Position numbers and translations under genes: made by a program | In this document: piece by piece, positions 14,942 to 23,498 of the stretch | How positions within the stretch are numbered: position 1 is the first letter of the stretch | Layout of the letters: every line of letters begins with the position of its first letter | The notes under the pieces: model-generated | Told to the model about the DNA's origin: nothing | Seen by the model: only the letters and a program-made list of their open reading frames with translations | The model's database searches: none | NCBI GenBank assembly: GCA_964615415.1 | Contig: CAZTNI010000001.1 | Location: 176,746 to 240,745, forward strand | Source: an uncultured Candidatus Saccharibacteria bacterium | GTDB lineage: Bacteria > Patescibacteriota > Minisyncoccia > Phycocordibacterales > SBAW01 | Length of the DNA stretch: 64,000 nt | Direction: 5' to 3'

Positions 14942-17761
14942 CTATTTTTTGAGGTTGAGGGTTGCAGAACCTGCGAGGTCTATAGTGCTTGCAACAACAG
15001 TTGTGCTGGTAGTTGGTGCAACTTTTGCACTACCTACAAGACTGAGTTCTTGGCCTGGTGTGTAGACAATACCTGTCGCAGCGAGTGACGCAGAGCCAGC
15101 AAGCTTACTAGTTTCAAGCGGGAGGCCGCCCACTAAACTCGGGTCGACATACAGGGTGAAGCCTGCAAGCACTCCAGCGCTTGGCGCAACAAGTGTTACT
15201 TGTGCCGAGCCTGCGAAGTCAAACCCTGCATCTTTGCCGGTCATGAACATGGCAACGCCGCCGGTGCCGGTTACTTTGCCGCTTCCTTTTACTTCAAACG
15301 GACCGTCTTTAAGGATGTAGACACCGGGTGTAAGCGTAACTTTTGCAGATCCTGCAACGGTTATGCCGCCGCAGTACACGCCAGGGTTTAAGGTGACTGT
15401 CTGTGACTGTGCGATGTTGAGGTTGGTGTGCGTACAAGTGCCAACAGTTGGTTTCGGTTTTGTAGCGAAGGGATCGTTTTCAGGCGTGCAGGGTGTCGGG
15501 TCGGGAGTAATTTTCGGATTACCAGACTCTTTTACACCGCCGACAAAACAATTTTTAACTGTCTTGATAGTAGCTGACCCCGAGAGGGCGACTGCTTGTG
15601 CGCTGTTTGAGTTAACTTGCAGGTCGCAATTAGTGCCGAGCAGTTTAGAGCTGCCGACTAGTTTCAGTGCAGATGGAGCACTTGTGTTGAGTATTACGCC
15701 GCACGTGTCTGAGAGCGGTGGGCGCACGACAGTGAATTTACTTGTTGCAGACCCGGTGTGCCCGAAAGAGTCTGTTGCGGTTACTACCAAGGTCGACAGG
15801 CCGAGCGGCAAGGTTGCAAGGTTGAGCGGAGTTGCAGGGTTTATTGTATTGCCGTTAAGGAAGTACGACGTAGAGATAATCGGAGACTGCTCCGGGTCGG
15901 TGATGGTTGCGGTGACGGGGATAGTGTCGGTAGAAAGGTACGTGGTGCCGTCGAGCGGAGACTCGATACTAACCACAGGCGCTTCGGTGTCGAGCGGGTT
16001 AAGCGTCAGCGTTAGTTCATCGCCAGATGGGGTGAGGGTTAGTGTGTAGCCGACGACCTGTCCTCCTGCGGTAGCGTGGCTTGTGCTTGTTGCAACGACG
16101 CTCGAGCCGCACACCTCGGTTGCACTGATCGTAAAGGTGCCGCTACTTGCGCCTTGTGTCGAGACTTGATAGTCGCCCGCGATAGGATTTACTACTACGC
16201 CGTACTCGGTTGTTGTGGTGGCGCCTGAGTAGAATGCATTTGGAATTTCTTCAAACGTGCCAGGAGCAGTAAAGTTTTTTCCGAGACGGTCACCGTTCGG
16301 GTCGGTAATTTGAATATCGACAGGCTGCGTTGCGGAAAGGAAGAGTACACAGCTAACAGGGTAGGCAGTGTTTGTAGTGGCACTTGGTGCGCGGCCCGCA
16401 AGTGCTGTAAAGATGGTGCTGCGTGCGGCGGTAGGGAGGCCGCGATGCGTGGTGAGAAATTCCTGGTCGATACCGAACATGATGTCGATACTTGAGCGCG
16501 GGACCATGCCGTCGCCTAAGTCGGTATAGGTGTCGGTTGGTTCGCCGTCTGGCCACAGTGGCGGGTTAGTTGATGCGGTAGTCGAGAAGTAAATAGGAGT
16601 CGTAGCTAAACCGTCCTCCGCAGAGTAGACCTTCATCTGTATTTGCTGCAGTGCGGTCGCGCTTGCGACGAGTGCGTTCATGAATGGGTTTGCTGGTGGC
16701 GTGTCAGTGTAGTCCTGAGGAGGGAGAAGTTCTTTAAATGAGGCTACTGGTTTTGCCTGAATGTAGGCGTAGGCAGATGTGTGACCGGCATCTTTCGCTT
16801 GCTGCAAGAGTAGTGCTTGGATCAGCGAGTCGTTGATGCCATTGCCAGTGCGGATTTGCGCCCCTTCCCATGCAAGGTATGCGCTTGGGACGCCGTAAAA
16901 CGGTGTTGCAAGAAAGAGTGTCTGGTCCACATCTTTTGCGTACGTACCTCCTTGTATGTACTGCTGCGCGATAGTGCCGCCCATGCCGTGGCCGATCAAG
17001 TCAACGTAGCCGCAAGCACACTCTGTTTTTTTGTCAGCGATAAACTGTTTCAATTCGGCGGCAGATGTGACGTTTGACTGTTGCCAGTTGTACGGGAAGA
17101 CGAAGAGGTTTGCATTAAGTACGTACCCATTTTGTACCAATGTGTCGATAAGGTTTTGATACTGATGGAACACTGGGTCAACTTGCTTACCAGTCGAAGT
17201 CTCCCAGGTGGTGTAGATGTCGGGAACGATAATCACTGGTTCAAACTCTGCAGCAGGCTTCGGCCCCCACTTCCACGGCAAGATGTAATAGTTTTGATTC
17301 TCTACAGCTTCAGGTGGAATGGGGCTACCGTTTGTAAGGTGGTCGGTAAACGCACTGCCAAGGCTGCTGTCGTACACTACTGCAAAAAAGTATTCGTCGT
17401 TTACTGCGTTGGTGGGAATGTTGCTTGGTGTTTGACGTACTAACGTAGCGGCTGCTGCGGGGCCGGTAACAGTGTCTGCAGCTAAGACGGTCGAATTGGT
17501 TGGTGTGCCGCGACGCAGCTCTATGACTGGATTAGTGAGGGGAGCGGGGAGCGAGTAGTAACAGCCGTCGCCCGGTACTCCTGCGCGTGGCAGATAGTGG
17601 TAGTTAGAGGTGAATGGAAATTTATAGAGGTCGCAATAAAAAGAAAACCCCTGCTCATAGGTGGGGTCACTTGAAACGGCACTCACATTTGCGAACGCAG
17701 TCGGAACTGAAATGCTAAAGAAGCACAGCAATGCAGCTACCCAATAATGTATGTATTTCAT
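14942..17761 (-). CDS. very large secreted alpha/beta-hydrolase, LCAT/PGAP1-like family (paralog B) with a C-terminal beta-rich repeat region
   Basis: Signal peptide MKYIHYWVAALLCFFSISVPTAFA. N-terminus PVIIVPDIYTTW. Nucleophile elbow VDLIGHGMGG. About 55-60% identity to paralog A over the first 300 aa. C-terminal repeats containing GSAKVT, GSAQVT and GSATLN. Confidence 0.75.
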   Translation of the reverse strand: MKYIHYWVAALLCFFSISVPTAFANVSAVSSDPTYEQGFSFYCDLYKFPFTSNYHYLPRAGVPGDGCYYSLPAPLTNPVIELRRGTPTNSTVLAADTVTGPAAAATLVRQTPSNIPTNAVNDEYFFAVVYDSSLGSAFTDHLTNGSPIPPEAVENQNYYILPWKWGPKPAAEFEPVIIVPDIYTTWETSTGKQVDPVFHQYQNLIDTLVQNGYVLNANLFVFPYNWQQSNVTSAAELKQFIADKKTECACGYVDLIGHGMGGTIAQQYIQGGTYAKDVDQTLFLATPFYGVPSAYLAWEGAQIRTGNGINDSLIQALLLQQAKDAGHTSAYAYIQAKPVASFKELLPPQDYTDTPPANPFMNALVASATALQQIQMKVYSAEDGLATTPIYFSTTASTNPPLWPDGEPTDTYTDLGDGMVPRSSIDIMFGIDQEFLTTHRGLPTAARSTIFTALAGRAPSATTNTAYPVSCVLFLSATQPVDIQITDPNGDRLGKNFTAPGTFEEIPNAFYSGATTTTEYGVVVNPIAGDYQVSTQGASSGTFTISATEVCGSSVVATSTSHATAGGQVVGYTLTLTPSGDELTLTLNPLDTEAPVVSIESPLDGTTYLSTDTIPVTATITDPEQSPIISTSYFLNGNTINPATPLNLATLPLGLSTLVVTATDSFGHTGSATSKFTVVRPPLSDTCGVILNTSAPSALKLVGSSKLLGTNCDLQVNSNSAQAVALSGSATIKTVKNCFVGGVKESGNPKITPDPTPCTPENDPFATKPKPTVGTCTHTNLNIAQSQTVTLNPGVYCGGITVAGSAKVTLTPGVYILKDGPFEVKGSGKVTGTGGVAMFMTGKDAGFDFAGSAQVTLVAPSAGVLAGFTLYVDPSLVGGLPLETSKLAGSASLAATGIVYTPGQELSLVGSAKVAPTTSTTVVASTIDLAGSATLNLKK

Positions 17762-17834
17762 ATATATAAGAGTAGCATAGTGGGATAAAAAGAAATCCCC
17801 GCGGCGCACCTGGTGCGCTGCGGGGATGAATTGT

Positions 17835-18608
17835 TCAGGAGTGGGACAGAGTGCCGTGCATCAGCGACGAGCCGTTGTCGATCTCGAAGATGTGACCAGT
17901 GACGCCTGTGAGGGACATCATGGTAACGATGTTCTCGGCGATGATGTCCTTCGGCACAAGGTTTCCATTAACAGCAGTTGCTCGGGCGTAGGCACCGATA
18001 GCGTGATGGTTCGGCACCTGAGAGCCTGCAATAGTCTTAACCGGGTGGCAACGGATGATGTTCACGCGCCACGCTTCGGAGCCATATTCAACAGCAAGCT
18101 CTTTTGCAGTACGCTCGAGCGCTGCCTTTGCAACGCCCATGTTACCGTAGCCAGGTACTACACGTTCTGCGCCAATGAAGCTCATCGCGGCGAACGATAC
18201 GCCGCCTACTCGAGAACCAAATTCCCGTACAATCTCGCGGAAGGCGAAGTCGGACGAGCGCATAGTTTTGCTGTAGTTCTCCCAGCTCATGTGGCTAAAC
18301 GGCTGCTTCATTTCCGTTGGATCGGTGAAGGCGGGGCAGAACAGAATGTCAGTCGGTTCAGCCTTTTCGAAGTTGCGAATTATTTCGCTGGCAAGACGGG
18401 ATGCGTCATTGTCTTTCAGTGCGTCATATAAAGCGATGCTTGCGCCCGCTTTTTCAGCAAACTTCTGCACGCGTTCCAGCTTGTCTTCGCGACAAGTGAT
18501 GGTGACATGTGCGCCCCTTGCCATGAATGCTTGTGCGGCAGTCCAGCCGATACTGGTGGGTGATGACACGCCAATAATGAGCGCGTGCCGGTTCGGATGA
18601 AAAGACAT
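17835..18608 (-). CDS. fabI: enoyl-[acyl-carrier-protein] reductase (NADH), FabI-like SDR
   Basis: ALIIGVSSPTSIGWTAA ... YGNMGVAKAALE ... short-chain dehydrogenase with the FabI signature. Ribosome-binding site AAGGAGATCCAC before ATG 18606-18608. Confidence 0.75.
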   Translation of the reverse strand: MSFHPNRHALIIGVSSPTSIGWTAAQAFMARGAHVTITCREDKLERVQKFAEKAGASIALYDALKDNDASRLASEIIRNFEKAEPTDILFCPAFTDPTEMKQPFSHMSWENYSKTMRSSDFAFREIVREFGSRVGGVSFAAMSFIGAERVVPGYGNMGVAKAALERTAKELAVEYGSEAWRVNIIRCHPVKTIAGSQVPNHHAIGAYARATAVNGNLVPKDIIAENIVTMMSLTGVTGHIFEIDNGSSLMHGTLSHS

Positions 18609-18751
18609 GTGGATCTCCTTGGGTTGCAGTGAACAAGTCTGAAAGCAAAATACCACATTTTTGTGTAAAAGCAATATTACATCCTTCATCTACTGTTCAG
18701 TAAAGGAATCGTACAAGTAGAGTGTTCTATTTATATATAACGAACACATAT

Positions 18752-18973
18752 ATGGTTACGGTAGTTAATAACCCAGGCGGCGAGCGTGTGGTAGAAAAAA
18801 GCGACAGCAGCGGCTGGGCAGTGGCGGTTATTATTTTGATCGCGCTGGTGGCAGTAGGTGCATTCTTTGCATGGCGGTACTATCGCGCACCTGCGGCACC
18901 GGCACCAAGTGGTGCAAATATTAACGTCACGATTCCAACAGGAGGCGGGGAACAAGCAGGACCAAACGAATAG
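18752..18973 (+). CDS. small single-TM protein
   Basis: WAVAVIILIALVAVGAFFAWRYY. Weak translation-start signals. Confidence 0.3.
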   Translation: MVTVVNNPGGERVVEKSDSSGWAVAVIILIALVAVGAFFAWRYYRAPAAPAPSGANINVTIPTGGGEQAGPNE

Positions 18974-18977
18974 AAAA

Positions 18978-19019
18978 TAAAAAAACCGCGGACACGAGTG
19001 TCCGCGGCGTTTGTTTTTG
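18978..19019. terminator. bidirectional intrinsic terminator
   Basis: Hairpin CCGCGGACAC-GA-GTGTCCGCGG with A- and T-runs. Confidence 0.75.
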
Positions 19020-19030
19020 TGCTGCGCCGT

Positions 19031-19480
19031 TTAGAACGGCGATCGCTCGATAACGACGCGGCAGGCGCCGTACGGATTGCGATAGCCGGACTCGTATGCC
19101 TTCTGGAAAGCATTCTCGTTCGCCTGCCGCTGGCTCCACTGAGAGCCGGCCGTGAAGGTGCGGATCGCGTAGCCGTCGTTGCAGTAGAGGCCCGCGAGCC
19201 ACCAGTCGCGCTCGACCGATACACCATTCGCGCAGTTGTACGCATTGCGAATGTTGCACTGATAGAGCGCTTCCGTACGAGCATCTTCCTCGTAGTAGTA
19301 GCCCCATGCGTAGCCCCAGCCGTCGCCATCGCGATTCATCGAGATGGAATGCCACATCGTGGTATACCCGCCACGTTGCGCGTGTGCGGCCGGAATAATG
19401 GCCGCGAGAGAACCTACGGCCACAAGAGTCGCAATCAGAAACTTCCGCATTTCCAAGCCTCCTTTGGTTGTGGAGAACAA
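19031..19480 (-). CDS. small secreted Cys-containing protein (possibly DUF4189-like)
   Basis: Signal peptide MRKFLIATLVAVGSLAAIIPAAHA. Cys- and Trp-rich mature part. GC-rich gene. Confidence 0.5.
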   Translation of the reverse strand: MFSTTKGGLEMRKFLIATLVAVGSLAAIIPAAHAQRGGYTTMWHSISMNRDGDGWGYAWGYYYEEDARTEALYQCNIRNAYNCANGVSVERDWWLAGLYCNDGYAIRTFTAGSQWSQRQANENAFQKAYESGYRNPYGACRVVIERSPF

Positions 19481-19551
19481 GCCCTCCTACGGCAGGATCA
19501 TAGCAAGCTCAGCAGTAGCGTCAATGGGTGCAACGCACAACTCGCAAGGTT

Positions 19552-20340
19552 TTACTCTACGCTCGCCAACAAATTCAGCATCGCCGTTTGTTGTTCAAGG
19601 TGGCCATGCTGGGCTTCGACGTTGGTGTAGGGGATCCTTGCTTGCCCGGCATAGACCGAAAGCGACCCGTCATTTTTTGGCGAAGAACTCTGCTCGGCAA
19701 TGTTCATGCCTGCGGCAGCGAGCGCATCATAGACGGCTGCTTCCGTAGTAAAGAAGAAGTCGTCTTTGTCTCTGTCGGGATTTTGATTAATCCGACTCGC
19801 ATTACCTGCTTCGCTTCCTCCATCGTAATAACTTTCAATGGAGAAGTTGTTGTTTGTATTGTTGTGAAGCGCAACCAAGCGTCCTCGACGCGTTCGGAAA
19901 TTATCTATCACTCCTAGTAGGGTCTGCGCCACGCCTGCGACTGCTTGGCGTGCCTCGTCGGAATACGTCCCGCCTTGTTCTTGAAGTGTGTTCTGGATCC
20001 CTTCGTCCGTAAAGATGCGGTTCGGGTCGCACTCATAGCGGACACCGTTTAGTGTGAAGGTAATGTTCCGCGTGCCACCGTACTTTAGTTGTATCAGTGT
20101 GCCACCTCTTTCAGACAAGACCGTGTGTGCCGCTTCGACACAGGTGTTTTCCGAGTCGTGCGGCGCAAAGTAAGTGAGTCCTGGGCCATACAAAGAGACC
20201 CATACTGCAACTGCGGAGTCTCCCAGCGGTATAGCGTTTCCATACTGTGCCTGTGCGGACCCTGCTTTGGCAAACAGGCTTGCGCCTGCGAATGCTGCCG
20301 CACCGCGCAAGAAGCCGCGCTTTGTTATAAGGCCGTCCAT
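19552..20340 (-). CDS. secreted protein with a Tat-like signal peptide, unknown (hydrolase-like) function
   Basis: N-terminus TKRGFLRGAAAFAGASLFAKAGSAQA resembles a twin-arginine signal (KR variant). Confidence 0.5.
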   Translation of the reverse strand: MDGLITKRGFLRGAAAFAGASLFAKAGSAQAQYGNAIPLGDSAVAVWVSLYGPGLTYFAPHDSENTCVEAAHTVLSERGGTLIQLKYGGTRNITFTLNGVRYECDPNRIFTDEGIQNTLQEQGGTYSDEARQAVAGVAQTLLGVIDNFRTRRGRLVALHNNTNNNFSIESYYDGGSEAGNASRINQNPDRDKDDFFFTTEAAVYDALAAAGMNIAEQSSSPKNDGSLSVYAGQARIPYTNVEAQHGHLEQQTAMLNLLASVE

Positions 20341-20485
20341 GTGTTTCCCCGTGAAGATCTAAAGAAAGTCCTCGCGTAGTATACATAGATGCACACGATA
20401 TAAAAACGAGACAACACTTTACAAATTTTACAATGATGGTAATGTGTAAACAGATAAAGTAGCTACAGAACCAGAGGAGGCGTGT

Positions 20486-20860
20486 ATGAATGTGATACCG
20501 ACGAGCCTCGACGTTCTTCGGGCACAGATGTCGCAGCTTGATGCGACCATGATCCTAGTTATTTCCAGGGCGTTTGAAGGTAAGTCTGACGCAGCTATTG
20601 CAGAAACATTGTCCCCTGCGTGGGGCATAGGCGCAGGCTCTGTTGCTCGGGCATGGGAGGGAATGTTTAGGATTTTCGGACTCTCTGGAGCAACATACTC
20701 GGTAGAGCAGAAAAAGTCGCAAATCCTTGCACTGTTTGCGCGATATGCAGAGACGCTGCCACCGACGTTCCGTCCTACGCTGCTTCGCGTGAAGAAGAAA
20801 AAGAAGCAACCGCAGCAGAAAAAGTTTGCTCTCCGCGCTAGCAATAAAGTGCAGATATAA
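20486..20860 (+). CDS. hypothetical protein with a Lys-rich C-terminus
   Basis: Strong ribosome-binding site CAGAGGAGGcgtgtATG. Confidence 0.5.
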   Translation: MNVIPTSLDVLRAQMSQLDATMILVISRAFEGKSDAAIAETLSPAWGIGAGSVARAWEGMFRIFGLSGATYSVEQKKSQILALFARYAETLPPTFRPTLLRVKKKKKQPQQKKFALRASNKVQI

Positions 20861-20905
20861 AAAGCCCCGCATCCGTCAGTCGACGGAGGCGGGGTTTCTT
20901 TTTGT
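20861..20905. terminator. bidirectional intrinsic terminator
   Basis: Nested hairpin CCCCGC ... GCGGGG with T-run, between convergent genes. Confidence 0.7.
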
Positions 20906-20910
20906 GTGTG

Positions 20911-21402
20911 CTATACGGAAGTGGGAACAGATTCGCCTGCCATGATGTCACGGATTACCTTAAGCTGGTCTGCATGTAGCGTCCGTTCGTTAAATCCGCG
21001 AGCGTAGTTGCGACCCCAGAGGGGATCGTGAACTTTTAAACCAAGCGGTTCAAAAGGCCATGATGTTTTATAGCGAGGAATAAAATGTACGTGTATGTGG
21101 TGGTTGTGGCCTTCCTCATTTCCAAATTGTGCATCGTTGAGGCGAAAGTTCACATCGTATAGGACGTTGTACCCGAGCTTCCTGCAGTCCGCGATCACGT
21201 CGCTCACGATTACTTTGTAGCACTCGAGGATTGCCTTGCTGGGAAGGTTGGCTATGCTGGCCCCCTCTCCTTCGTGTGGGACGCGGTCCTTCCACCAGGC
21301 GTAGCAGCGGCCCAAGTAGGGTATCTGCTTTTCGTGTAATACGAGCGTCCAATATTTGTAGTCGCGGATGATCAGTGGCTGGTACCGTTCGCCAAGTAGC
21401 AT
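20911..21402 (-). CDS. HIT-family (histidine triad) hydrolase
   Basis: HNHHIHVHFIPR histidine-triad motif. Start chosen at the internal ATG (MLLGERYQP). Confidence 0.6.
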   Translation of the reverse strand: MLLGERYQPLIIRDYKYWTLVLHEKQIPYLGRCYAWWKDRVPHEGEGASIANLPSKAILECYKVIVSDVIADCRKLGYNVLYDVNFRLNDAQFGNEEGHNHHIHVHFIPRYKTSWPFEPLGLKVHDPLWGRNYARGFNERTLHADQLKVIRDIMAGESVPTSV

Positions 21403-21461
21403 AGTACTTTTCCTCTCTTGAGTTGCGTCTGGCTCGACTCTATATCGCTCTTGTATATATG

Positions 21462-21501
21462 TAAAGCAAAAGAAAAGCGCAGCGTTTTTAATACGCTGCG
21501 C
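21462..21501 (-). terminator. intrinsic terminator, copy 1 of a duplicated terminator sequence
   Basis: GTAAAG ... AAAAGCGCAGCGT-TTTTAAT-ACGCTGCGC. Nearly identical to 23455-23489. Confidence 0.65.
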
Positions 21502-21509
21502 TTTAGAGC

Positions 21510-21926
21510 TTATGGCTTCCAGTATTTTGGTCCATAGGTTCCGTCGGGTTTTGTCTCGAGTTGCATGATGGGGTTGCGGATGTGTGCCCAGGCGACCACC
21601 ACCGCGCAAAGGCCAACGAGGCCGCCGGGAGTAAGTAGCCAATACCTCCACGGCTCGGAGAGAAAGTGTCCCACCAATAACGCAACAATGAGATACGAGA
21701 GACACCACAGGATCACGAAGTCGCACCGCCGGCGGATCAGAGTGTTGCGCTCCTCGGCCTTGATAGCAGCGTGCAAGTAGTGGCGCGACCATGTGCGGTA
21801 TCTGCGATCACGCGCGTCGACTAAGCCTCTGATCTCTTCGTCGCGGCGTGTCACTAGTCGTTCCACCTCCTCGTCAGTCACGTTTGGAGTGAAGACAAAG
21901 TCTGGCTGTGGCTTGCGGCCGAACAT
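21510..21926 (-). CDS. membrane protein, unknown function
   Basis: 138 aa with two hydrophobic segments. Confidence 0.5.
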   Translation of the reverse strand: MFGRKPQPDFVFTPNVTDEEVERLVTRRDEEIRGLVDARDRRYRTWSRHYLHAAIKAEERNTLIRRRCDFVILWCLSYLIVALLVGHFLSEPWRYWLLTPGGLVGLCAVVVAWAHIRNPIMQLETKPDGTYGPKYWKP

Positions 21927-22000
21927 GGATGTACTCCTTTCTATATAAGAGGGCAGTTCTAAGCTTGTTATAGCAGATCTGTCAGAAAAATCACTGATGC

Positions 22001-22035
22001 GTTTGAAAAAGAAAAAGCCCCGCCAATGGCGGGGC
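22001..22035 (-). terminator. intrinsic terminator
   Basis: Hairpin GCCCCGCC-AAT-GGCGGGGC with a T-run on the minus strand. Confidence 0.7.
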
Positions 22036-22060
22036 TTGATGAATGGGGAAGATAAGGTGC

Positions 22061-22627
22061 CTAGGCGGCGACGCTTATCTTTGGCTTGGTGTGCAGCTGC
22101 AGCGCCGCGGCAAGCGCAGTGATGGCAACATGCATCTCCAGGATCTTCCAGGCGGGGAGGGTGACGAGAACATCGGAGCGACCCTCGCTCGCGTCGGCCG
22201 CGACGGTCGTGAGGCCGTCGAGTGCAACATGCGCCGCTTCGCCGTTGTAGAAGGTGTTGTCGCGACTGAGGGTCGTGTCCTTCACGTGGTTGAACAGAGC
22301 GCCCCAGTCGGTTGGCAGCGAAGCCGAGAAGACCCCCTGGCCGGCGTAGCGCTGGAAGGCGTCCACGACGATCTCATGGATGCCTCCATGCTGCCGCGAA
22401 GGCTTCCATGGCTCGGCTGATTCGACCCGGAGGTCGAACGCTGCGAGCGCCTCGGGTTCCGTCATGAAGTGCTCGGACCCCATGGCATTGAAGTTGCCAT
22501 TGTCGAGCTCGGCGTACACGACAGAATAGACCGTGAGGCCCATAAGGCCGTAGTAGCTGTCCACGGCCTCGACGTGCAGCAGGTCCCCATTGGGGAACGC
22601 GTGCTTCTTGATTTCGCGACTGGTCAC
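22061..22627 (-). CDS. hypothetical protein (GC-rich, about 62% GC)
   Basis: GTG start 6 nt after ribosome-binding site AGGAGA. Canonical promoter at 22681-22709. Confidence 0.5.
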   Translation of the reverse strand: MTSREIKKHAFPNGDLLHVEAVDSYYGLMGLTVYSVVYAELDNGNFNAMGSEHFMTEPEALAAFDLRVESAEPWKPSRQHGGIHEIVVDAFQRYAGQGVFSASLPTDWGALFNHVKDTTLSRDNTFYNGEAAHVALDGLTTVAADASEGRSDVLVTLPAWKILEMHVAITALAAALQLHTKPKISVAA

Positions 22628-22680
22628 TGCGAGTCTCCTGTTGTTGTGCGCACGGAATGTGCGCGAATCGTCCAATGTGT

Positions 22681-22709
22681 ATTATATACCATTTAAAGTG
22701 TTTTGTCAA
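22681..22709 (-). promoter_or_regulatory. canonical sigma70 promoter TTGACA - 17 nt - TATAAT (TG-extended)
   Basis: Minus strand reads TTGACAaaacactttaaaTGGTATATAAT. Confidence 0.65.
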
Positions 22710-22730
22710 GCCAAATAATGGCTTTAAATA

Positions 22731-22764
22731 TAAAAGAAAAAGCCTCGCGCTGTGTGCGCGAGGC
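22731..22764 (-). terminator. intrinsic terminator
   Basis: Hairpin GCCTCGCGC-TGTGT-GCGCGAGGC with a minus-strand T-run. Confidence 0.65.
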
Positions 22765-22771
22765 TCAATTG

Positions 22772-22972
22772 CTAGATCCGAATGCCGTTGCGGTGGCTGC
22801 GCAAGGTCTTGCGCTTGCTGTTGTAAGCGTCACGGTAGCGCCACCACTTGCGGCTCCAACTCCAAGAGTTGGGGTGGGGGAAAAAGTTCACGTCATCGAT
22901 CCGGTTCCGATAATTCTGGTTCCGGTAACGATACTGAAGATTCACCACATTCGGACTGGACTGCATGCTCAT
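22772..22972 (-). CDS. small basic W/R/N/Y-rich protein (66 aa)
   Basis: Ribosome-binding site AAGGTGA 4 nt before the ATG. Terminator immediately downstream. Confidence 0.4.
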   Translation of the reverse strand: MSMQSSPNVVNLQYRYRNQNYRNRIDDVNFFPHPNSWSWSRKWWRYRDAYNSKRKTLRSHRNGIRI

Positions 22973-23044
22973 GCATCACCTTTTGGTTGTTAAGGTATAT
23001 GCATGTGTACCTCCGTTGGTTAGAGGAAGGGAACGAACGCTCTG

Positions 23045-23392
23045 TTAACGCAGTGGTCCGACGAACGCTTTGATCTCAGAAACTTTTTCCTCGAGTCTGT
23101 CTGCTACCCATTCCAACATTTTTTCTCGAACTAGTGCGGTGGGCAAATCTTTCCCGTGGCGCCAATCGAAAAGAAAGTTGGTTACAGTTATGCCCTCGGG
23201 CAATTCTGTATTTACTGGGTTAAAGCCGCCATGGTCGATCGCTGTGGCGAGGATCACAGCAAACTCCTCGTCACTCAATGGTTGGTCCAGATGGCCTTGT
23301 AATATTGAGCGGATGACGTTTGCCTGATTCTCTAGGTACGAGAGTGTGTATACGGCGGTTAGCCATCCGTGGGATCCGTTCCGAAGAGTCAT
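23045..23392 (-). CDS. hypothetical protein
   Basis: ATG 23390-23392 preceded by ribosome-binding site AAGGA. Promoter TTGACA...TATAAT just upstream. Confidence 0.5.
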   Translation of the reverse strand: MTLRNGSHGWLTAVYTLSYLENQANVIRSILQGHLDQPLSDEEFAVILATAIDHGGFNPVNTELPEGITVTNFLFDWRHGKDLPTALVREKMLEWVADRLEEKVSEIKAFVGPLR

Positions 23393-23428
23393 GTGCAAAT
23401 CCTTGTTCGTGATAACGTCTGCGAATAG

Positions 23429-23454
23429 ATTATAACAAATAATATTTTTGTCAA
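23429..23454 (-). promoter_or_regulatory. sigma70-like promoter TTGACA - 14 nt - TATAAT
   Basis: Minus strand reads TTGACAaaaatattatttgtTATAAT. Confidence 0.45.
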
Positions 23455-23489
23455 GTAAAGAAAAAGCGCAGCGTCTTAAAACGCTGCGC
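23455..23489 (-). terminator. intrinsic terminator, copy 2 of a duplicated terminator sequence
   Basis: GTAAAGAAAAAGCGCAGCGT-CTTAAA-ACGCTGCGC. Matches 21462-21501. Confidence 0.65.
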
Positions 23490-23498
23490 ACGGGTTAT

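Noticed and set aside
15363-16049. ORFs of 228 aa and 85-120 aa on the plus strand inside the 14942-17761 gene (also 15200-15391, 15758-16015, 16817-17443)
   Set aside because: They are antisense to a long coherent gene with a signal peptide and a conserved catalytic motif. They have no start signals and are typical shadow ORFs.
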